From: an uncultured bacterium
Lineage (GTDB): Bacteria > Chlamydiota > Chlamydiia > Chlamydiales > JAAZZY01
DNA: 59,660 bases
Direction of reading: 5' to 3'
Assembly (NCBI GenBank): GCA_964350945.1
Contig: CAYGLF010000009.1
Location: forward strand, 1-59,660
A program made the translations under genes and the position numbers. Positions 8,519 to 17,440 of the stretch are shown one piece after another; the first letter of the stretch is position 1, and each line of letters begins with the position of its first letter. The notes under the pieces are model-generated. The model saw only the letters and a list, made by a program, of their open reading frames with translations, was not told the DNA's origin and searched no databases.

Positions 8519-10285
8519 TTATAATAAACCTCTAAAAATCGCAGCTACCAAAGCTTGTGTATCTTTTTCTACTTGCTCATGTAAAGTGGAGGCCAAGAGC
8601 TGAAGCTCTTCATCTGTTTTTCCTTCGTGAATATCTAATGTAGTGTAAGAATCTACAATAAGCTCTGTATATCTGGAATCGGCTGAGGTTGCCATGCGGT
8701 TAAGCATATTGAAATACCTAATGTGGCAATCTGTAAAAATCAATTTACCAAGCTTTTCATGCTCAGCTGCGTAAGGGGTCATAAAACGAGCATAGTGTTT
8801 ATCAATTCCTTGCATAATTTTTTCAAAAGTCTCTTTTTCTCCCCGGTTAATCATTTTTTCACGATAGGAAGCTAAAAGATATCCCATGAGAGTATTTACA
8901 ATGAAAAAGGGTTGGGTTGTTAGAGGGAGGGATTCTTTGGCTTGAAAAATTGTAAAAATGATTTTTTTGAGGTCAGCAGCTTTAATAGCCCCCTCTGTAA
9001 TCATTTTAAATAAAGCTCTTGGAGTTGAAAACAAATATTGGAATGTGACCATTGCATTTGTATGCTCTAGATTAGAGTTTGCAAAAGTTTCATCTATATA
9101 GCCATTATGAGGCTTCATATTTTCGAAGATCCATTTTTTATGGTATGTTGGAAAATCTTCCAGGGGGTATTTTTTTTGCGCTAAAACTTTTCTAAGACGG
9201 TCCAAGTGTGTTAGCTGATAGTCTAGATATTTAATATTTTGGGTAGCCCCATAGTCAAAAAAAAGTTCCTCTCCAGCCTCAATACCTAAGCTTATAAAAG
9301 TTGCTTGTTGGCCAATTCCTTTTTGGTTATACAAGCTTATCGCAATGAGGTTAGGTGGACCGTCATTGATCATTGCGCCTTCACCTCTATAGACCAAAGG
9401 TTCTGTGCCGGTTCGGTGGGTTGCGGTATTTTTATGGCTTAAAAAATAGTCGGATACGGGTTGGGCAATATTTTCTGAAATCAGTTTGTCTGCGATATAT
9501 TCGCCATTGAAATCAGAGGCGATGGTTCTTGCTGGGATGTCATTTTGAGCAAAAACACCACAGCCAGTTTGACTCTGACGAACGACTAATTGGGGTTGAT
9601 CTTTTAAAAAGGCACTATAGAGAGGGTTTTTTGTATATTTTTTAGATCCCTCGTAGGGAAAGTGTAGCCACTGATCTATCAGTGCTTGGGAGGTCGTGAC
9701 CATCTTGGGAGTGTATTTAAATCCCAAAAGACACTGCTCCTCAAACGTCACAGAAGGAGACATCTTAACCATTTTAGAATGGCTGTTTCCTGTATCTACT
9801 GGATGGGATGGATTTTTTTGAGCATTTAATACACTATTTGCAAGGGTGTGTAGTTTTCCTGCAGTGGCTCCAAAAGCATTGAGTTTTTTGATTTGCTTCG
9901 TAGACACTTTACAAGAAGAAATGTAATTTTGGTAAAATGGGTCGTTTTTGAAATCAGCTGCCTGTGAAACCATTGCTCGAAAATGGAGGGGAGAGTTTCC
10001 CTCTTTATCTTGCGGGAATTTTTCTTTGGAGTTTTCACAAAGTTTACGGATTAAATCACCATTATCAGAGAGAGCAGCCAGGTGCATCAGGCCAATTTTT
10101 TTAAGCTTGGTATATTGAGTTCTCAGCTTGCACGAGTCAATTAATGAAGAGGCTTTTTTATGACCGGTTAAAATAGCCCAAGGTAAATGCTTGCACCATA
10201 CTGCTAAGTCTGAATTTACGGTTGGCTCTGGAAAATGAGGAGCTAAAGATGTTCGAAAGTAATTTTGTGGGCTAATTTGATTCAT
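8519..10285 (-). CDS. SET-domain protein (putative protein lysine methyltransferase) with possible N-terminal ankyrin-like repeats
   Basis: Residues about 238-350 carry the SET signature blocks: GCGVFA..I..G..I.EY (GxG block), MINDGPPN (NHSxxPN-like block) and EELFFDYG (ELxFDY block). Upstream, GNSPLHFRA.. and GATAGKLHTLANSVL resemble ankyrin G-TPLH-A motifs. Confidence 0.55.
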   Translation of the reverse strand: MNQISPQNYFRTSLAPHFPEPTVNSDLAVWCKHLPWAILTGHKKASSLIDSCKLRTQYTKLKKIGLMHLAALSDNGDLIRKLCENSKEKFPQDKEGNSPLHFRAMVSQAADFKNDPFYQNYISSCKVSTKQIKKLNAFGATAGKLHTLANSVLNAQKNPSHPVDTGNSHSKMVKMSPSVTFEEQCLLGFKYTPKMVTTSQALIDQWLHFPYEGSKKYTKNPLYSAFLKDQPQLVVRQSQTGCGVFAQNDIPARTIASDFNGEYIADKLISENIAQPVSDYFLSHKNTATHRTGTEPLVYRGEGAMINDGPPNLIAISLYNQKGIGQQATFISLGIEAGEELFFDYGATQNIKYLDYQLTHLDRLRKVLAQKKYPLEDFPTYHKKWIFENMKPHNGYIDETFANSNLEHTNAMVTFQYLFSTPRALFKMITEGAIKAADLKKIIFTIFQAKESLPLTTQPFFIVNTLMGYLLASYREKMINRGEKETFEKIMQGIDKHYARFMTPYAAEHEKLGKLIFTDCHIRYFNMLNRMATSADSRYTELIVDSYTTLDIHEGKTDEELQLLASTLHEQVEKDTQALVAAIFRGLL

Positions 10286-10505
10286 TTAAAATACCTTTTT
10301 TTAGTGATTTATAAATTCTAAGTAATAATAACAGAAATTAGATGTAAATACAATGCAAGGAATTATTTGAAATAGAGAGAGGTAAGAGCTTTTCAAAAAA
10401 AAATTTATAGACGCTAGAGGTTTATTTTAGATAAAAATATTGTATAAAATCGCTTTGAACCGTCATGATGTGCCACATTAAAAGTTAAGATAGGAAAAAA
10501 GCTTT

Positions 10506-11078
10506 ATGGCCAAATTATACTTTAGACATGGGGCTGTTGGCAGTGCTAAAACTTTGAATTTACTCGCTGTTGCTCACAATTATCGTCAGCAAGGAAAAGA
10601 AGTGGTTTTAATCAAACCAGCTTTAGACGATCGCTTTGGTAAAAATCATATTAAATCACGTGCAGGGTTAGAAAAGTCTGCGGATATTTTAGTTGATGAA
10701 GATACCGACCTAATGGCGTGCAACTTTGAAGGGGTTCACTGTATTTTGGTGGATGAGGCTCAGTTTATTCCCGCCTCTGTGATCGATCAGCTTAGAGAGA
10801 TTACCCTTGTTCACAACATCCCGGTGATTTGCTATGGACTAAGAACTGATTTTAGGAAAAATTTATTCGAAGGGAGTCGTCGCTTGTTAGAAGTGGCAGA
10901 TAGTTTTGAGGAGATCAAAACAACTTGTGCTTTTTGTAATCGCAAAGCTGTCTTCAACCTCAAGCATCTCAATGGAGTGGCAACGGTGGAAGGCCCTACT
11001 ATAGAAATGGGCGCTGAAGAAAAATATTTTCCGGCCTGTTCGGTCTGCTACTCTAAACAATTGCTCACTCCCGTTTAA
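10506..11078 (+). CDS. tdk: Thymidine kinase
   Basis: MAKLYF..GAVGSAKT P-loop matches the Tdk N-terminus. Has the VDEAQF motif and a C-terminal Zn ribbon CAFC...CSVC. Confidence 0.9.
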   Translation: MAKLYFRHGAVGSAKTLNLLAVAHNYRQQGKEVVLIKPALDDRFGKNHIKSRAGLEKSADILVDEDTDLMACNFEGVHCILVDEAQFIPASVIDQLREITLVHNIPVICYGLRTDFRKNLFEGSRRLLEVADSFEEIKTTCAFCNRKAVFNLKHLNGVATVEGPTIEMGAEEKYFPACSVCYSKQLLTPV

Positions 11079-11836
11079 TAGGGAATGTAGCCAGGGGTAA
11101 CTAGGATGTTATCGTAGTAGAGCTCTTTAGTCTGAAGAAGCTGTATCATAAGGTCCTTAAAAAGGTGCTCTGTGGGCGGACAGTCTTCTAAGGGGGACGG
11201 ATGTGGCAGAGCGTGTGTAGTGATCAGTGCTTTTTCTAAGCTTGCTAGTCTAAGAGGGTATCTTTGCTGTAGCTGCATATGAAAGATCACATCAAAGTTT
11301 TCTGGCATCGAAGTGATCAGTGGATCCTTTGTTTTCAAAGCTTCTTTTTTATACATACAAGAGCCAAGGGCAAGTCCCAGCCGAGACTTAGAAAAAATTT
11401 GTAACATCAAAACATCTTTAGGGTTACTCGGAAAGGGGATTTCTTTGGGAGATTCTTGGGTGACTTTTTCACTTAATAGCACTGCGCTTCCAAGAGCGAT
11501 TAAAGAGGAGTTTTTTAAGCGTTGGATTTGTTGTTCAAAACGGTTTTTTTCAGAAGTGTCTGATGCTCTATGAAGCGCAATTAATGGGGACTTAGCAGAT
11601 TTAAATAATTGATTGAAGGCATAAGCCTCTCCCCTGTGTGTCTGAGAGGTGATAACTTCTATGCGGGGATCTTTTTGTTTGGCTTTTTTAAGTATATCGC
11701 AAGAGGCGTCTTGAGAGCCATCATCGTAAATGAGCAGGCGAAAGTTAGGTTCACTTTGCCCTAAAATACTATCTAGGCATGCTGTGAGCGTCTTTTCATT
11801 ATTATGGACGGTGAGTAAACAGTCTAAAGTAGGCAT
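11075..11836 (-). CDS. Family 2 glycosyltransferase
   Basis: N-terminal GT-A signature (LTVHNNEKTL..CLDSILGQS...LLIYDDGSQD) with a DxD-like motif. Confidence 0.75.
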   Translation of the reverse strand: MPTLDCLLTVHNNEKTLTACLDSILGQSEPNFRLLIYDDGSQDASCDILKKAKQKDPRIEVITSQTHRGEAYAFNQLFKSAKSPLIALHRASDTSEKNRFEQQIQRLKNSSLIALGSAVLLSEKVTQESPKEIPFPSNPKDVLMLQIFSKSRLGLALGSCMYKKEALKTKDPLITSMPENFDVIFHMQLQQRYPLRLASLEKALITTHALPHPSPLEDCPPTEHLFKDLMIQLLQTKELYYDNILVTPGYIPY

Positions 11837-12061
11837 AGTTTTTTTTCTTTAGCCATACCATGGTCGAATTCAAAAATCAACTTTTTTAGGAGGGGTTATT
11901 ATAGATGATCTTTGTGTTATCAATAATCAGAACTTAGAAGAGGAAGGTTGTTAATTTTTATTAATTAAATTTTTAATTAATAGTTTTTTAAAGTCTATAT
12001 TTTTATGCTTTAAATAGCTATAATCTATACTTTTAAAAATTAACTTAAAGGAGTTTTTATT

Positions 12062-12526
12062 ATGGCATCTATTTCTAACAACGTGGCAAATGTAGGTTCA
12101 GATATTGAAGTAATCTTTACTGACAAAGCCCCCAACTCAATTGCCCCTTATTCTCAAGGGTACTCAATACAAAATCTCACCGATAAGAAAATGGTTTTCA
12201 CTGCTGGGCAAATTGGAATGTTCCCCGCAAATCACCCTCAATCAGGTCAATTAGTTGCAGATGATATGCAAGGACAGGCTAAGCAAACTCTACAAAACTT
12301 ATCAAATGTGATTGCAGCAGCGGACTGTACCCTTGCAAATATTGTTTCTATGACAGTTTACATCACAGACTTCAATGATTATGGAGCTTTAAATGTTGAA
12401 TATGCGAAAGCTTTTGAAGCTGCTAATGTTGCTACTGAGAATCTTCCAGCACGTGCTGTAGTTCAAGTAGCAGGTTTACCTAAAGGTGCTTTAGTTGAAA
12501 TGCAAGCGGTTGCTGTAAAAATATAG
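12062..12526 (+). CDS. ridA: RidA/YjgF family reactive-intermediate deaminase
   Basis: APxxIxPYSQG..., FTAGQIG and C-terminal AR.VQVA.LP signature. AAGGAG RBS upstream. Confidence 0.8.
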   Translation: MASISNNVANVGSDIEVIFTDKAPNSIAPYSQGYSIQNLTDKKMVFTAGQIGMFPANHPQSGQLVADDMQGQAKQTLQNLSNVIAAADCTLANIVSMTVYITDFNDYGALNVEYAKAFEAANVATENLPARAVVQVAGLPKGALVEMQAVAVKI

Positions 12527-12554
12527 AAAATTGTCTTAACAGAAATTTTTTGAT

Positions 12555-12587
12555 AACCCATATCCTTCCGGATGTGGGTTTTTTTAT
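12555..12587 (+). terminator. Rho-independent terminator after ridA
   Basis: Hairpin aacccatatcc-ttcc-ggatgtgggtt followed by a T7 run. Confidence 0.6.
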
Positions 12588-12907
12588 CCCACAAAAAAAT
12601 CAGGGTCTTAGTTTTCTAATTGATGAAACTTAAGGGGCCTCTACTATTGAGCCTTTATACCTTCTTGTGGTGTGGCTAAGCATTTAGAGAGGACAAAAAG
12701 AAGTAAAACATAAACAAAGAATTGAAAATAAATATGTTATATAGAGGAGTGAGAGTTCTTGTCTGTTGCTTTCTCCGTTTATAAGCTGAAAATCTTTGTG
12801 AAATAGGGGCAAGAGATTTATTCATAGCCCTCCTCTTCCTCAAAGTTAAGCCATCCTAAATTATGATAGGCATTTGAGCTGTTCTTTAAAAATACATTGT
12901 AGTTTTG

Positions 12908-12925
12908 CTCTTGCAGCTGCAAGAG
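12908..12925. repeat. Perfect 18-bp palindrome CTCTTGCAGCTGCAAGAG
   Basis: Exact dyad symmetry read directly from the sequence. Lies inside the long ridA/rseP convergent spacer. Confidence 0.9.
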
Positions 12926-13269
12926 ATAAGTGTGTGGTTCGTTTTGTGGGGCTAATAAGATGAGCCCAAAATTAGTTAAAGTAGTCATTTAACAGTTCTC
13001 CAATCACGAGTTTGGTCCTACAAAAAAGACCCTGGTTAATTTGTTTATATGTTGGGTTTTAAGAGAGTGCTTCTCTTCTGGGCGAGGTGATCTAGCGCAT
13101 GGTGCGCATTATAATGACCACATTCGGCAGCGTATGGCACACCGTTTTGGTGGGCTGCCGTCCGTGGATCTTGGAGAATGTAATTTTTTTTAAATTACTC
13201 ATAATGCTAAGTTTGTTAACTAATATGAACTAATTATATATTTTTATAAATAAAAAGTCAAGTTATTAA

Positions 13270-15213
13270 TTAAAAAACGCCTTTAATGAGACGGCTTAGG
13301 TCATGGAAAGTGACGAAGATGAAAAAACCGATGAAGATAATCATAAAGGGGATCACGATCCTTTCCATGGTCTTTGTTTTTAAAGGCTTACGGGTTATCT
13401 GCTCCCAAAGAGCAAAGCATATTTGCCCACCATCTAAGACGGGGATAGGAAGCAGATTAAACAATCCTAAGTTGAGGCTGATCATAGCAAGCCAATAGAG
13501 AGCTTCTTTAATTCCCAGGGACCAGCCATGTTGCATAACTTGGACGATGCCAATGGGCCCTGACATCCACTTAGGGTTTAAATTGCCAGAGACTAAAGCT
13601 CCTAAAGTGTGGGCGATGTCGCTAGTGACGCGGCCGAATAAAACAGCAGGTGGAGGGTTATAGATAACGGGACGATCTTGAAAACTCGCACCTAGAAAGA
13701 GTCTTTGTTGATTTTTCTTATAGAGGGCAATGGCCATGGCTCGTTTTTCAGAGTCAGCAATTTCTTCAATTTTTGCCTTGTGCTCTTGCATTAAGCGTAA
13801 AAGGTCATTATTTTTGGATTGTTTGGCAATGTCCTCAAGAGTCATGGGAGTGATGGGCTTGAGCATTTTATACTTGCCAACGGTGGTTAAAGCTGTGGGG
13901 GCATCTATAGATTGCAGAAGTGTTTTGAAGTCGGCCCAGTTGATATTCTCTTCAAAAGACTGATTGGCGTCACTCCAGGAAATAAGAGGAAGATTTTGGT
14001 TTCCTGTTTGAACGATGACGTTAAAGCTGTGGTTTTGAAGGCTTTTAAATAATTCAATGCTATTGTGAACAGGTTTTCCGTCGACTGCTAAGATACGATC
14101 TCCTGGCATAAGGTGTGTTTCAACAGTGTAGGAGGTGAGCTCTTGGGTAGAGTGATTCAGGTCTAAGTAGCGCAAAGGAGCTTCCACTTCCAGATTGCTG
14201 CTGACCTGGTGAGGGATAAAATAAAGGCTTTTAAGGCTCCCTGACAATTTATTCTCATATTTTAAGTCTCCAAGCTCAGCCTGGTAATCACGAGAGATTT
14301 TAAAGTCGTTAATCTGTGAACGAGGAATTCGAGCGAGCAACCGTTCATTATGGCGCTGGATAGTGAGTAGAGTGTGTGTTGAGTTGAGCAGCGCACTAAG
14401 CTGGGCATTTGAGAAAATAAGCTCTCCATCCACTGCAAAAATACGATCGCCATACTGTATGCCACTACCAAATAAGGGAGAGCCTTGCGCAATAGGATTT
14501 GGGGTGTTGTTGGGGAAAGTGTTATAGATCAGGTAGCTTGCAGGGCTTAAAAGCCCCGAAGTTTTCATGTCACTTTCTTTAAAATCTGGGTGTTGGTAGG
14601 GCTTGACTTCAACATCAAAAGGAGTTTGCAGGCCATCTTGTGCATAATTATAGTGGATACCTTTGACTTGCACAGATTCTTTGCTTAAGAATGTAGATTG
14701 AAGAATGTCTCTAAATCCATGAAAGGGGCGATTGTTAAAGCAAAGAAGTTCATCACCAGGGCGAATGTTTGCTTGGTAGAGCTCTGACTGAGGATCTACC
14801 CAACCCACACGGTTGGTCAGTTCATGAAATTGTTTCTCACGGCCCCCTAAAAGCCAAATTCCTGTGAATAGTGCAAATGCAAGAATCAGGTTAACTAAAG
14901 GGGCAATTCCTGCAACTTTAATTCGGTCCCAGGGTTTTTTACTATAGTACCCACCTTCAATTTCGTGCGCTTCTTGACCCTCTTGACCTTTTTCACCTGC
15001 AATCTTGACATAGCCGCCGAAGGGGATCCAGCCAAGCCTCCATTGGACACCTTGGTATTTCCAACTGACGATGGCTTTCCCAAATCCGATGCTAAAAGCT
15101 TCTACTTTCATGCCGACACGCCGTGCCATTAAGTAGTGAGCTAGCTCATGAATAAAAATAAGTGTTCCCAGCCCAAGGGCTGCTAAAAAGAGGTAAATGG
15201 TTTGAATAAACAT
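13270..15213 (-). CDS. rseP: RIP zinc metalloprotease (site-2 protease) RseP/YaeL
   Basis: HELAHY zinc motif in the first TM segment, PDZ-containing central region and a C-terminal LDGG motif. Position after dxr as in Chlamydia CT071-CT072. Confidence 0.9.
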   Translation of the reverse strand: MFIQTIYLFLAALGLGTLIFIHELAHYLMARRVGMKVEAFSIGFGKAIVSWKYQGVQWRLGWIPFGGYVKIAGEKGQEGQEAHEIEGGYYSKKPWDRIKVAGIAPLVNLILAFALFTGIWLLGGREKQFHELTNRVGWVDPQSELYQANIRPGDELLCFNNRPFHGFRDILQSTFLSKESVQVKGIHYNYAQDGLQTPFDVEVKPYQHPDFKESDMKTSGLLSPASYLIYNTFPNNTPNPIAQGSPLFGSGIQYGDRIFAVDGELIFSNAQLSALLNSTHTLLTIQRHNERLLARIPRSQINDFKISRDYQAELGDLKYENKLSGSLKSLYFIPHQVSSNLEVEAPLRYLDLNHSTQELTSYTVETHLMPGDRILAVDGKPVHNSIELFKSLQNHSFNVIVQTGNQNLPLISWSDANQSFEENINWADFKTLLQSIDAPTALTTVGKYKMLKPITPMTLEDIAKQSKNNDLLRLMQEHKAKIEEIADSEKRAMAIALYKKNQQRLFLGASFQDRPVIYNPPPAVLFGRVTSDIAHTLGALVSGNLNPKWMSGPIGIVQVMQHGWSLGIKEALYWLAMISLNLGLFNLLPIPVLDGGQICFALWEQITRKPLKTKTMERIVIPFMIIFIGFFIFVTFHDLSRLIKGVF

Positions 15214-15216
15214 ATT

Positions 15217-16356
15217 TTAAACTAATTCAGCTTCCTTGCGTGCTCGTTGATCAACATCGAGGATCTCTGGGATCGATGTGGTCACTTGTTTCTGATGTTT
15301 TTCGATTAACTGTTCTAATTTTTTCCCAATATCAACCCATGAAATTTGCTTGTTTAAAAAACGATCTACGAGTGTTTCATTCGCTGCATTTAGATAACAA
15401 GGGTAGCTTCCACCCAGTCGCTGACTTTCATACGCTAATTTCAGACAGGTAAATTTATCAAAATTAGGTGCCATAAATTGTAATTGATTGTGTTTAGTAA
15501 AGTCAAATGGAGAAAGGCTACCTGCAAATTTTTCGGGGTAGGTAAGTGCATATTGAATAGGGGTGACCATGGTAGGTTCCCCGATTTGAGCTAAAATAGT
15601 ATTGTCAATGAACTCAACGAGGCTGTGAATAATGCTTTGTGGGTGGATGATGACATCAATTTTTTCTAAAGGAATTCCAAATAGCCAGTGCGCTTCAATA
15701 ACTTCAAACCCTTTATTCATTAAAGTAGAGCTGTCAATGGTCACTTTAGCTCCCATGTTCCAAGTGGGATGATTGAGAGCTTGTTTTAGGGAAATATTTT
15801 TCAACTCCTCATGAGAGTAATTTAAAAAAGGCCCCCCTGAGGCGGTTAAAATAATGCGCTGGATGTCTTGTTCTTTTTGATTTTGAAGGCATTGGAAGAT
15901 GGCACTATGTTCGCTGTCGATAGGAATTAATTGACATTGATTTTGCTGACAAGCCTCCATCACGAGCTCGCCTGCGCTCACTAAAACCTCTTTATTCGCA
16001 AGAGCGATGTTTTTCTTCGCTTCAATTGCAGCAAGCATAGGTTCGAGTCCATTATTTCCAACGATGGCATTAACGACTAAAGAAGCGCTTGAAACTGCAG
16101 CAACCTCTTCAATTCCTTCCAGCTTAGAAACAATCTTAACCCCAGGAAGCTTTTTAGCAAGTTCTCTGGCTGCAGTTTCATCAAAGACCCCAATAATTTC
16201 AGGTTGAAACTCCAAAGCTTGTTGATATAGAAGCTCAATATTTGAATGAGCGGCAAGCCCAACAACTTGAAGTTTTTCAGGGCCTAGATGTTTGGCAATA
16301 CGCAGGACATTTTTTCCGATGGATCCTGTGCAACCGAGTACCGATATTTTTTTCAT
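15217..16356 (-). CDS. dxr: 1-deoxy-D-xylulose 5-phosphate reductoisomerase
   Basis: N-terminal LGCTGSIG NADPH-binding motif. About 380 aa typical of Dxr, with conserved ANKE and IHPQS blocks. Confidence 0.9.
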   Translation of the reverse strand: MKKISVLGCTGSIGKNVLRIAKHLGPEKLQVVGLAAHSNIELLYQQALEFQPEIIGVFDETAARELAKKLPGVKIVSKLEGIEEVAAVSSASLVVNAIVGNNGLEPMLAAIEAKKNIALANKEVLVSAGELVMEACQQNQCQLIPIDSEHSAIFQCLQNQKEQDIQRIILTASGGPFLNYSHEELKNISLKQALNHPTWNMGAKVTIDSSTLMNKGFEVIEAHWLFGIPLEKIDVIIHPQSIIHSLVEFIDNTILAQIGEPTMVTPIQYALTYPEKFAGSLSPFDFTKHNQLQFMAPNFDKFTCLKLAYESQRLGGSYPCYLNAANETLVDRFLNKQISWVDIGKKLEQLIEKHQKQVTTSIPEILDVDQRARKEAELV

Positions 16357-16432
16357 TAGGATATGTAGAGGGTTAAATTCAAATTTTTCGTCATCATACT
16401 GAAAAGGGGTAATTTAGGCGAGCTTGATTTTT

Positions 16433-17440
16433 TTAGGTTTTAAGGGTGAATTGTGATTGAGTTTCTTTGATTCTACTTCCCTTTTGAAGGCGTTTTTTAA
16501 GTTCGCAGCCCCCCCAATTTAAAAAGTATAGGGTATAGAGAGTACAAACCGTGATGCCTCCTGTTGAAAGGGCTGTGTGGGTAGTGGTCAGTATATGACG
16601 AGAAATCATGACTCCTAAAAAAGAGGCTGTCACCCCAGAGCCTACAGAGAAGATAAGTTGCATTTTGAGAGACTGTGCGTAGAGTTTGGCTATCAGAGGA
16701 GGGACAATGAGTAGACTTAAAACCAACACGATTCCAATGGCTCTAAAAGCTCCCATCGAGGTAATAGAGAGCAAAAAGATCATCAAGATATTATAAAATC
16801 CTAGAGAGTAGCCTTGAAGGTGAGCAAAGACGGGATCAAAGGTCGTGATTTTTAAACCTCTGAAAAATAGGCAAATAGTCAGGGTGTTGATCGCAAGCAA
16901 TCCTAAGACATTGGGAAGGTCTTGAATGTGAAGGGTATCTACATTCCCAAGTACTAGCTCTATTCCTATGTGTGCATTTCTAGAGAAAAGGGAAATTAAT
17001 AAGATGCCTGCAGCAAAGAGAGTGGTAAAAACAAGGCCAATGGCCGCATCTTTTTGAAGGTGGCTGACTTTACTAATGAAATTGGACAAAAAGGCAGTTA
17101 AAAATCCGGTAATCAACGCGGTGATAAAAAGGATCTGAAATCCTAGAGGGCTTGAAAAATCTGAAAAAGAAAATCGAAGAAGTAGAAAGGTAATTGCTAT
17201 GCCAAATAACACACTGTGGGAGAGTGCATTTGCAAGCATGGTGATCTTTCGATAGATTAAAAAAACACCAATCAAAGCACTTGAAGAGGCAATGGCTGCT
17301 AAGATGATGATCTGCAATTCATCAGAGGCCATTTGTTTATAGGAGAGATCTCCTTTTAAAAAGGTAAATAGGCGTTGGAAGAAAGTAATGATAAAGTCAA
17401 ATGCATGGGTTTGAGAATAAGGATTTAAGAAGTTGGCCAT
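16433..17440 (-). CDS. ytgD: Metal (Fe/Mn/Zn) ABC transporter permease
   Basis: Polytopic membrane protein of the TroD/MntB family. Last gene of the ytgABCD-type operon, overlapping ytgC by ATGA. Confidence 0.8.
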   Translation of the reverse strand: MANFLNPYSQTHAFDFIITFFQRLFTFLKGDLSYKQMASDELQIIILAAIASSSALIGVFLIYRKITMLANALSHSVLFGIAITFLLLRFSFSDFSSPLGFQILFITALITGFLTAFLSNFISKVSHLQKDAAIGLVFTTLFAAGILLISLFSRNAHIGIELVLGNVDTLHIQDLPNVLGLLAINTLTICLFFRGLKITTFDPVFAHLQGYSLGFYNILMIFLLSITSMGAFRAIGIVLVLSLLIVPPLIAKLYAQSLKMQLIFSVGSGVTASFLGVMISRHILTTTHTALSTGGITVCTLYTLYFLNWGGCELKKRLQKGSRIKETQSQFTLKT

